In this document: positions 17,940 through 25,816 of the stretch, piece after piece
How the letters are laid out: each line of letters begins with the position of its first letter
Numbering within the stretch: the first letter of the stretch is position 1
Assembly (NCBI GenBank): GCA_025924515.1
Contig: JAICIE010000004.1
Span: forward strand, 1,228-65,227
Reading direction: 5' to 3'
DNA: 64,000 bases
Source of the DNA: Jatrophihabitans sp.
GTDB lineage: Bacteria > Actinomycetota > Actinomycetes > Mycobacteriales > Jatrophihabitantaceae
Made by a program: the position numbers and the translations under genes
The notes under the pieces: generated by a model
The model's input: the letters and a program-made list of their open reading frames with translations, nothing else
Databases searched by the model: none
Told to the model about the DNA's origin: nothing

Positions 17940-19336
17940 GTTTGCTGGCCGGCGATCCTCGCGTGTTGAGCGTGGGTGCGGAGCTGTTCGCCGACTCGGT
18001 GCGGGCGCAGGCGGTGACCGTCCGGACTGTCGACTGGCGTCCGCCGATGGCGGGGTCGGAGAACGACCTCGCCCGCGTGCTGGCCGACCCCCGGCGCAGC
18101 GCCGCGAACAGCACGGCCGTGGATCGGATGCTGGCGGTGTCGGCGCGGCTGGTCGACGTCGTGCCGGCCGGCGATCTGCTGGGGCTCGGGCCCTCCGACT
18201 ACCTGCACGCCGGCCCGCCGATCGACTGGGACCGGGCATCGGGACCGCTTCGCGGCGCGCTGATCGGGGCGGCGCTGTTCGAGGGTGTGGCAGCGAGCCC
18301 CGACGACGCCGAGCGGGTGCTGGCCGCGGGCTCGTCGATCAGCCTGGCGCCGTGCCACTCGCGCTCGGCTGTGGGACCGATGGCCGGGGTCGTCTCGCGC
18401 TCGATGTGGATGTTCGTGATCGAGGACGAGGCCACGGGGCGCCGCACCTACTGCTCGCTCAACGAGGGGCTGGGGAAGGTGCTGCGCTACGGCGCGTACG
18501 GGCCCGAGGTGCTCGACCGGTTGCGCTGGATGTCAGCCGTGTTGGGGCCACTGCTGCAGACCGCGCTCCGGGCACGCGGGCCGGTCGACGTCACCGCCCT
18601 TCTCGCGCAGATGGTGCAGATGGGAGATGAGGCGCACAACCGCAACCGCGCAGGAACCCTGATGTTCCTGCGTGAGCTCCTCCCGGCGCTGATCGGCAGC
18701 GGCGCCCCGGCGGGCGACGTGGCCGAGGCGGTCCGGTTCGTCGCGGGCAACGACCACTTCTTCCTCAACCTCGCCATGCCGGCATGCAAACTGGCCCTCG
18801 ACGCTGCACGGGATGTGCCGGGGTCGTCGATGGTCGTGGCCATGGCGCGCAACGGCACCGACTTCGGGATCCAGGTGTCCGGAACCGGCGATCGGTGGTT
18901 TACCGGCCCCGCCCAGGTGCCGGACGGGCTGTTCCTCGGCAACTACGGCCCCGCAGACGCCAACCCGGACATCGGTGATTCAGCGATCACCGAGACGGCG
19001 GGGCTGGGCGGGTTCGCCATGGCGGCGGCGCCCGCGATCGTCCGGTTCGTCGGGGGCGCGGTCGCCGACGCGCTCGCCACCACGTCACGGATGTACGAGA
19101 TCACGCTGGCCGAGCACCCGACGTTCAGCATTCCTGTGTTGGAGTTCCGGGGGACGCCGTGCGGGATCGACGTGACGAAGGTCGTCCGCACCGGGATCCT
19201 GCCGCAGATCAACACCGGAATGGCCGGGCGGGCTGCCGGCACCGGTCAGGTCGGGGCGGGACTGGTCACGCCGCCCGGCTCGGTGTTCGCGGACGCGCTG
19301 CGGGCCTTGGCAGCGGCCGCGCCCGCGGTCTGCTGA
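17936..19336 (+). CDS. DUF1116 protein (E. coli YlbE/AllG-like)
   Basis: ORF 17771..19336 trimmed to ATG 17936 (ATGA overlap with the fdrA-like stop). Assigned from size, position after FdrA and overall similarity as recalled. No single diagnostic motif was verified. Confidence 0.6.
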   Translation: MSLLAGDPRVLSVGAELFADSVRAQAVTVRTVDWRPPMAGSENDLARVLADPRRSAANSTAVDRMLAVSARLVDVVPAGDLLGLGPSDYLHAGPPIDWDRASGPLRGALIGAALFEGVAASPDDAERVLAAGSSISLAPCHSRSAVGPMAGVVSRSMWMFVIEDEATGRRTYCSLNEGLGKVLRYGAYGPEVLDRLRWMSAVLGPLLQTALRARGPVDVTALLAQMVQMGDEAHNRNRAGTLMFLRELLPALIGSGAPAGDVAEAVRFVAGNDHFFLNLAMPACKLALDAARDVPGSSMVVAMARNGTDFGIQVSGTGDRWFTGPAQVPDGLFLGNYGPADANPDIGDSAITETAGLGGFAMAAAPAIVRFVGGAVADALATTSRMYEITLAEHPTFSIPVLEFRGTPCGIDVTKVVRTGILPQINTGMAGRAAGTGQVGAGLVTPPGSVFADALRALAAAAPAVC

Positions 19337-19369
19337 GTCACCGGAACAGGCACGCCACCGTCGCGGCGA

Positions 19370-19981
19370 TCAGGTGGACGAAGGCGACAGCAGCGTCGGC
19401 TGCGGTAGGTCGAACCACTCCGGCTCACCGACCGCCAGCTTCATCGCCTCGTCCATCGCGGCCTGCATCTCCTGCGGCGGCTGCTTCTTCTCGTTGCGAC
19501 GCGCTTCCGCCTCCGAGGTGAAGTAGAGGACTGCGATCAACTCGTCGCCGCTGACGAGCGTCAGGTCGCCTAGGATGTCGGGCCGGAAAGACGCGAAGTC
19601 CTCCGGAGTCGATCCCATCAACTCCTTCATCCTCGCCGGATCTGAAGAGCGGCCGCGGATGATTTGCACGAAACCGGCATCATCAGGATCTCCGGCCATG
19701 CGGACGGTGACGTCGGTGCTCTCCACGACCCTGGGCTGGCCCTCGAGGTGCGCCATGAGATCCGACCACCACGCCCCCTGCTCGGGACGGTCGCTGTTGC
19801 GGCGGGCGTCCTCCTCCGTCGCGAAGCGCGCCAGCGAGATGGCGCGGCCGTCCGCGGTAACCCCGGCAGTGCCACCGAGCCATCCCGTGGCGCCGGGCGC
19901 GAGATCGCGCAGCCATCGCTCGAGTCCCTCTCGCAAGGCATCCGGCTGCGCCGTCCTGCCATCGATCACTTGGACGAACAT
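19370..19981 (-). CDS. Hypothetical protein built from two tandem ~100-aa repeats (possibly ABM/ferredoxin-like fold)
   Basis: Good RBS (GGGAGG) before ATG 19981. The halves align: FVQVIDGRT...ISLARFATEEDARRNSDRPEQ versus FVQIIRGRS...IAVLYFTSEAEARRNEKKQPPQE. Confidence 0.6.
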   Translation of the reverse strand: MFVQVIDGRTAQPDALREGLERWLRDLAPGATGWLGGTAGVTADGRAISLARFATEEDARRNSDRPEQGAWWSDLMAHLEGQPRVVESTDVTVRMAGDPDDAGFVQIIRGRSSDPARMKELMGSTPEDFASFRPDILGDLTLVSGDELIAVLYFTSEAEARRNEKKQPPQEMQAAMDEAMKLAVGEPEWFDLPQPTLLSPSST

Positions 19982-20049
19982 TGCGGACCTCCCGTCCTGT
20001 CGACCGGTGATAGCAGGAAGCTACGACCGGACGGGAGAGCCGTCCAGCG

Positions 20050-21363
20050 TCACACCGCCGGGAAGGCCGCCAGCTTCGGACGCTTGTAGGTCTTGCCGCC
20101 GCTCCACACCTGGCTGAAGACACCGCCGGCCCACAGGACTCCGTCCGAGGTGACCTCGAGGCTCCAGACGCCGTAGTAGTAGGGCGCATTGCTGGGATTC
20201 ATCGCCGGCGTGAAATCCGGGTCGACGGCGCCGGTGCCCAGGTCGACCGCCGCGATGTGCACCCGGGTCACGCCGCCGGTTGTGTAGCAGCTCGCCGGTG
20301 CCGTAGCGACGCAGCGGAAATGCCCGCCGAAGTACGCGGTGCCACGGGAGAGGGCGACGGCCTGCATGTCGCCGTCCGGGGTGAGGAACCAGATGCGCTT
20401 GCCGGTGGCGTCGAACCGGTATCCGCGGTTGGTGTGCCCTGCCTGGGCCACGACGATCCCCGGACTGCCGCCCTGGGATCCGTCGACCCATGCGATCCCG
20501 TCGGCCGCCTGCAGCGGGTCGTTGGCGGTAAAGTCGATCTTGGGCGCAAAGGCGGCGTCGAGCGCGCCGGTGCGGGGGTTCACGCGGAGCACGGACATGT
20601 GCGCGGCGCCGTCGGCCGTGTCGAAGTGCCCGCCCACATACAGCGCCGGCGCTGCGCCGGCATCCTGACCGAGCGCCAGCGTGCGGACGTCCGGTCGGTT
20701 GGTGCCGGACCACGCGATCGCCGGCGGGGTGAACGTCGTCACGAGAGCGCCCGTCGCAGGATCGACGGCAGCGAGGGTGGTACGTGGCGTCGCGGCGACG
20801 GACGTGAACTGGCCGCCGACGTAGAGCATGCCCTCGGCCAACAGGAGCGCGTCGACCTGATCGTTGGCTCGCATGTTGAAGGAGAGGAGCGCGCCGGTGG
20901 CGCCGTCGAATGCCGCAGCGTGCTGCGCGTGCGTCCCCGAGCCGTCGATCTTCGTGAACGCGCCGCCCACGTACACCCGATGGGTTGTCGGATCGACCGC
21001 GACCGCGTTGATGCGCCCGTTGAACTTGTGCGCCGAGAAGGACGGCACCACGTCGCCGGTCGACTCGTCGATGGCGACGAGGTCGTTGTAGGCCATCGAC
21101 GGGGAACCGGCGTGATCTATCGCCTGGGTGAAGTCGCCGACGGCGTAGAGCATGCCGGCATTCGGGTCCTCCGCCGTGGCACGCACCTGGGCGCAGTTCT
21201 GGGTGGGGTATTGGGTGCCGCAGTCCTTCCAGACCCCCCAGTTCGGCAGCGACGGGATCCCGCTGTTGACGGCCGCGCCGGCCGGTTCGGCCGCGGACAG
21301 GATCGCGATGCCGGCCGTCGCGGCCGCCATAACGCGCCGCAGCCGACCTTGCCATGAGTGCAT
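20050..21363 (-). CDS. Secreted beta-propeller repeat protein
   Basis: ORF 20050..21486 trimmed to ATG 21363. Signal-like N-terminus: RLRRVMAAATAGIAILSAAEPAGA. Repeated blades carry Y-[VF]-GG-x-F motifs: YVGGAFTKIDG, YVGGQFTSVAA, YVGGHFDTADG, YFGGHFRCVAT, WAGGVFSQVWS. Confidence 0.7.
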   Translation of the reverse strand: MHSWQGRLRRVMAAATAGIAILSAAEPAGAAVNSGIPSLPNWGVWKDCGTQYPTQNCAQVRATAEDPNAGMLYAVGDFTQAIDHAGSPSMAYNDLVAIDESTGDVVPSFSAHKFNGRINAVAVDPTTHRVYVGGAFTKIDGSGTHAQHAAAFDGATGALLSFNMRANDQVDALLLAEGMLYVGGQFTSVAATPRTTLAAVDPATGALVTTFTPPAIAWSGTNRPDVRTLALGQDAGAAPALYVGGHFDTADGAAHMSVLRVNPRTGALDAAFAPKIDFTANDPLQAADGIAWVDGSQGGSPGIVVAQAGHTNRGYRFDATGKRIWFLTPDGDMQAVALSRGTAYFGGHFRCVATAPASCYTTGGVTRVHIAAVDLGTGAVDPDFTPAMNPSNAPYYYGVWSLEVTSDGVLWAGGVFSQVWSGGKTYKRPKLAAFPAV

Positions 21364-21548
21364 CACGAGAACTTTCCCCTTCGCGCGGTTGGTGGCCGTT
21401 CGGGCTCTTTCGCGGCTAACAGTGTCCTCGTCAACGTTCGGTGACGCCAATTGAAAGAGGGACCGGAGCTCACGCCGCCGTGACACAGGACGTCGGACCC
21501 GGCTGTCGGCCCCTGCGGGATCGGTCAGGACGGCCCACCGGGCGGGCG

Positions 21549-21619
21549 AGCGGGTGACGGGAATCGAACCCGCACTGTCAGCTTGGGAAGCTGATGTTCT
21601 GCCATTGAACTACACCCGC
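21549..21619 (-). tRNA. tRNA-Gly (anticodon CCC)
   Basis: Manual fold of the reverse complement: GCGGGTG TA GTTC AATGGCA GAAC A TCAGC TTCCCAA GCTGA CAGT GCGGG TTCGATT CCCGT CACCCGC T. Cloverleaf with TTCGA T-loop; CCA is not encoded. Confidence 0.9.
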
Positions 21620-21732
21620 GGACGGTTCGGAGCCTACACGCAGGCCATGACCGGGCGGCGCCGCGGGAAGGGGTTGGCGTTGACGCTGCCAACCCGTGCG
21701 GTGGAGACTTGAGCCCTCGGAAGGAGCCGCGG

Positions 21733-22335
21733 ATGTCGTGGAACCTGCGCGGAAGTTACGTCGAGACCTGCTCCTGCGAACTGATGTGCCCCTGCAATCT
21801 GTCATTCGACCACGGGGCCACTTACGACTTCTGCCGGGTCACGCTGGTGTTCAACATACGGGATGGGCAAATAGACGGCGTCGACATCAGCGGGCGAAAG
21901 GTGGCGGCGATCGCCGACACTCCCAAAGTGATGACCGAGGGAAACTGGCGGCTCGGAGTTTTCGTCGACGATCGAGCCGATGACGATCAATTCGACAAGC
22001 TGTTGCAACTTTTTTCCGGGCAGCTCGGAGGGCCGATGGCTGCGCTGGCCCCGTTGGTCGGTGAGATGCTCGGGGCGAAGCGGGCGACGATCGAGGTTCA
22101 GGACGACGGATTGCGGCATAGCGTCCGAGTCGGTGACGACATCGAGTTCGAGATCGAGGACATCGTGCCGTTCGGCATTGAGACCGGGGAGCCCGTCCGG
22201 TTTTCCGGGATGTTCCACCCGGTCGCCTCGAATCTGACGATGGCCGAGGCCCGGCGTTCCCGCATCAACGCCTTCGGGATCCAGTACGAAGGCAAGACAG
22301 GGTTGTCCACCTCGGAATTCTCCTGGGCCGCCTGA
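21733..22335 (+). CDS. DUF1326 domain protein
   Basis: ATG 21733 is preceded by GGAAGGAG. N-terminal MSWNLRGSYVETCSCELMCPCN Cys motif, typical of DUF1326 as I recall it. Confidence 0.75.
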   Translation: MSWNLRGSYVETCSCELMCPCNLSFDHGATYDFCRVTLVFNIRDGQIDGVDISGRKVAAIADTPKVMTEGNWRLGVFVDDRADDDQFDKLLQLFSGQLGGPMAALAPLVGEMLGAKRATIEVQDDGLRHSVRVGDDIEFEIEDIVPFGIETGEPVRFSGMFHPVASNLTMAEARRSRINAFGIQYEGKTGLSTSEFSWAA

Positions 22336-22339
22336 CACG

Positions 22340-23167
22340 ATGACGGTCTTCGCGCAACGAGCCGAGGGCCGCGACGGACTCGGCCCTGCGTGGGCGGCGG
22401 TGCGCGTCCGGCTCGGGCTCGTTGTCGCGCTCTTCGTTCTGGCCGCTGCGGGCTGGTGGTGGATGAGCGACGTCATGCCGGGCATGGACGACGGGCCGTG
22501 GACCAGCCTCGGTCCGGTCGGCTGGTTCCTCGGCGTCTGGGTCGTGATGATGGCCGCGATGATGCTGCCGTCGCTCGCTCCCACGGTCGCCCTCTATTCG
22601 CGCAGGACACGGCAGCGCTCACCGCTGTACCCGCTGGCCTTCACGGTCGGCTACCTGCTGATCTGGTCCGCTGCGGGCCTGTCTGCCTTCCTGGTAGGTC
22701 ACCTCACGTCCTCCCTCGCAGGCAACTCGCTCTCATGGCAGTCCGCGGGCAGGCCCATTACGGCCGCGACGCTGGTCGTTGCGGGCGCGTACGAAGTGAC
22801 GCCGCTGAAGGCGGTGTGCCTGCGCCGATGTCACAGCCCGCTGGGGTCCCTTCTCGGCTACTGGCGCGACCGTTGGAGCGGCGCACTCAGAATGGGCGTG
22901 CGGATCGGCGTCTGGTGCCTCGGCTGCTGCTGGGCCCTCATGGCATCGCTGTTCGCGCTCGGCGTCATGTCGATCACGTGGATGGCGCTGGTCGCCGCAA
23001 TCATCTCTGCGGAGAAGACCGTGCCGTGGCGCCGAGCGGCGCCCTGCGGGGCCGCACTGCTGCTCTGCGCCCTGGCCATCCTGGTCCTGGTTGCGCCCAG
23101 CTGGGTCCCGGGCCTGACGCTTCCGCACGGCGCGGGCGGCCCGCCGATGGGCCCGATGAACTCCTGA
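22340..23167 (+). CDS. DUF2182 (predicted metal-binding integral membrane protein)
   Basis: Starts 4 nt after the DUF1326 stop. Multi-TM, with VVMMAAMMLPS, CLRRCHSP and WCLGCCW motifs. Confidence 0.75.
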   Translation: MTVFAQRAEGRDGLGPAWAAVRVRLGLVVALFVLAAAGWWWMSDVMPGMDDGPWTSLGPVGWFLGVWVVMMAAMMLPSLAPTVALYSRRTRQRSPLYPLAFTVGYLLIWSAAGLSAFLVGHLTSSLAGNSLSWQSAGRPITAATLVVAGAYEVTPLKAVCLRRCHSPLGSLLGYWRDRWSGALRMGVRIGVWCLGCCWALMASLFALGVMSITWMALVAAIISAEKTVPWRRAAPCGAALLLCALAILVLVAPSWVPGLTLPHGAGGPPMGPMNS

Positions 23168-23261
23168 GCTCCCGGGCCCAGCACGGCGAGAGCCGCGGAT
23201 AGAAATCAGCAGGAACTGGGCAATCTGCTTTCCGCACGTTGGTCGGGATGGACCCCCAAGG

Positions 23262-24806
23262 ATGCGGGGACGTCCCCCGGTCCCAGGGCAGCCAGTGACT
23301 GAACAGCATCCGAACCACCCGCACCCGCACCTGCGCCGGCGTATCGGCGTCGTGCAGGCCACGGCTATCAATATGTCGCAGATGTGCGGCATCGGGCCGT
23401 TCATCACCATCCCGGCCATGGTCGTCGTCTTCGGCGGTCCCCAAGCCATCCTCGGATGGGTGTTCGGTGCGCTGCTCGCGCTGTGCGACGGTCTGGTCTG
23501 GGCGGAGCTCGGCGCGGCGATGCCCGGATCGGGCGGCACCTACGTGTATCTGCGGGAGGCCTTCCAATACCGGACCGGCCGATTGATGCCGTTCCTCTTC
23601 GTCTGGACGGCCATCCTGTTCATTCCGCTGATCATGTCAACCGGCGTGTACGGCTTCGTGTCGTATTTGCGCTATCTCTGGCCGTCGATGACGACCGCGG
23701 AGAGCTACGTGGTCGGACTCGTCGCCGTCGTCCTCATCGTCGCTCTGCTATGGCGGCGCATCGACTCGATCGGGAAGATGACCGAGATCCTCTGGGCGAT
23801 CATGATCGGGACATTGCTCACTGTCATCGCGGCGTCGTACACCCATTTCAACGCCTCTCAGGTGTTCACCTTCCCGGCACACGCATTCGACCTGACGCGG
23901 GGCGGGTTCTGGATCGGTTTCGCAGGCGGGCTGACTATCGGCATCTACGACTATCTCGGCTACAACACCACCGCGTACCTGGGCGCGGAGGTCAAGCGTC
24001 CGGGCGTGACGCTGCCCCGCTCGATCGTGTACGCGGTGCTCGCCATGATGGTCGTCTACCTCGCGATGCAGATCGGCGTGCTGGGTGTCGTCAACTGGCA
24101 CCAGATGCTGAACTCCAATTCAGAGGCGTACACCTCGGTGGCGTCTCTCGTATTGCAGCGCACCGTTGGGTCGACGGCGGCGAAAATCGTGACGGTCTTC
24201 ATCCTGATCACCGCGTTCACGTCCATACTCGCCGGCCTCCTGGCGGGATCGCGCGTGCCCTATGACGCCGCACGGGACGGGGTGTTCTTCCGCTCGTTCG
24301 CCAAACTCCATCCCAAGCACGAGTTCCCCGTCATTGGGCTGCTCACCATGGGTGTGATCACCGCCGCCGGATTCGTCATCGGCGAGCTCACCTCGTTGAG
24401 CGTCCTCATCCAGCTTTTGACCGTGGTGATGGTGCTGGTGCAGGCACTGGCGCAGATTGCCGCACTGTTCGTCCTGCGGCGCCGGCAGCCGCAGCTTCGG
24501 CGCCCGTATCGGATGGCGCTGTACCCCCTGCCCGCTCTGATTGCGGGCCTCGGCTGGGTCGTCATCTACGCTTACTCCGACAAGAACGCTCCCGGCTTGC
24601 ATCCGATCGAGCTGTCACTGCTGTGGGTCGTGGTCGGTATCGCCGCATTCCTGCTGTGGGCGCGGTCGAAGCGCCAGTGGCCGTTCGGACCGAAGGTCGT
24701 CGAGGAGCAATACCTGAACGCCGACCCCAAGCTGCTCGAGTTCGACGAGGAGGATCTCAGCACCGCGGTCGCCGCGGGCGACGGGCGCTCCGATACCCGG
24801 CCATGA
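23262..24806 (+). CDS. APC-superfamily amino acid/amine permease
   Basis: GIGPFITIPA...GLVWAELGAAMPGSGGTYVYLREAF, about 12 TM. The start is uncertain (ATG 23262 or GTG 23295). Confidence 0.8.
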   Translation: MRGRPPVPGQPVTEQHPNHPHPHLRRRIGVVQATAINMSQMCGIGPFITIPAMVVVFGGPQAILGWVFGALLALCDGLVWAELGAAMPGSGGTYVYLREAFQYRTGRLMPFLFVWTAILFIPLIMSTGVYGFVSYLRYLWPSMTTAESYVVGLVAVVLIVALLWRRIDSIGKMTEILWAIMIGTLLTVIAASYTHFNASQVFTFPAHAFDLTRGGFWIGFAGGLTIGIYDYLGYNTTAYLGAEVKRPGVTLPRSIVYAVLAMMVVYLAMQIGVLGVVNWHQMLNSNSEAYTSVASLVLQRTVGSTAAKIVTVFILITAFTSILAGLLAGSRVPYDAARDGVFFRSFAKLHPKHEFPVIGLLTMGVITAAGFVIGELTSLSVLIQLLTVVMVLVQALAQIAALFVLRRRQPQLRRPYRMALYPLPALIAGLGWVVIYAYSDKNAPGLHPIELSLLWVVVGIAAFLLWARSKRQWPFGPKVVEEQYLNADPKLLEFDEEDLSTAVAAGDGRSDTRP

Positions 24807-25816
24807 CCCGATCCGCCGTACTGGGCATCGACGTCGGCGGCACCAAGATCTCGTTGTGCGTCACGGACGGCTCCGGAAACGTCCTCGCCTCCCGCCGGAT
24901 CCCGACCCGGTCGGACGACGGGGCCTCCGCAGTCGTCGAACGGTTCACCCGCGAAGCTCGACGCCTGCTGGACGACGTGCAGACGGACGGCTCTGTCGCG
25001 GTCCGCGGGATCGGGATCGTGACGCCGGGCGTGGTGCATCCCGACGGCGTCAAATTGGCGCCGAACAATCTCGGCTGGGACGAGGTCGCCCTCGTGGCGC
25101 GGGTGCAGGACGGCGTCGGCCTGCACGCAGTCGAGGCCGACAACGACGCCAAAGGCGCCGCGGCGGCGGAGGCACGGTGGGGCGCGCTGGCCGGGGTCAG
25201 TGACGGGATCATGCTGAACCTCGGCACCGGGTTCTCCGCAGCGGCGGTTGCCGGCGGGACCCTGCTGCGAGGCGCTCACGGGGCAGCGCTCGAGATCGCC
25301 TACCAGGTCGCCTGGGACGGGCCGCCCGCGGGATTCGGCGACGGGCGCGCACCACTGGAGGAGGTCTTCTCCGGCGCCGGGTTGCAACGAGCGGCATCCG
25401 CGCTGCTGCACCGTGCCACGGAGACGGCAGAGGTCTTCGACGCGCTCGCTGCCGTCCGGACCGATGGTGGCCGACCTCCCGGCGACGACGTCACGCGGCT
25501 CGCTGCTCTCGGTGAGCGGGCCTTGCAGACCGCAGCGCACGCCGTGGCCAACCTGGCGATCGCTCTCGACCCGGAGGTGATAGCCGTGTCCGGCGGCATG
25601 CTCAGATCCGCCGACGTCATCATGCCGGCGCTGCAGGAAGCGCTGGACCGGCTGGTGCCGTTCCCGCCCCGGCTGGTCACGACACACTTCGGCGACCGAG
25701 CGCCGCTCGCGGGGGCGTGCCTGCTCGGCTACCGCGCGGCGGCCGTTCCACCGCCGACCGACCTCAAGATCCGGGATCCCGCGGCGGCGGGCACCGGACT
25801 CGAAGGAGACCGATGA
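24803..25816 (+). CDS. ROK-like/ASKHA-fold sugar kinase (lacks the canonical CxCGxxGC zinc motif)
   Basis: ORF 24623..25816 trimmed to ATG 24803 (ATGA overlap with the permease stop). Contains LGIDVGGTKISL, GIGIVTPGVV and LGTGFSAA. No Cys-rich ROK signature is visible. Confidence 0.7.
   Translation: MTRSAVLGIDVGGTKISLCVTDGSGNVLASRRIPTRSDDGASAVVERFTREARRLLDDVQTDGSVAVRGIGIVTPGVVHPDGVKLAPNNLGWDEVALVARVQDGVGLHAVEADNDAKGAAAAEARWGALAGVSDGIMLNLGTGFSAAAVAGGTLLRGAHGAALEIAYQVAWDGPPAGFGDGRAPLEEVFSGAGLQRAASALLHRATETAEVFDALAAVRTDGGRPPGDDVTRLAALGERALQTAAHAVANLAIALDPEVIAVSGGMLRSADVIMPALQEALDRLVPFPPRLVTTHFGDRAPLAGACLLGYRAAAVPPPTDLKIRDPAAAGTGLEGDR

Noticed and set aside
21364-21732. tRNA-Gly as the attachment site of a genomic island or prophage.
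   Set aside because: No integrase, recombinase, phage or transposase gene flanks it. I found no direct repeat of the tRNA 3-prime end nearby. The neighbouring genes have native-looking GC.
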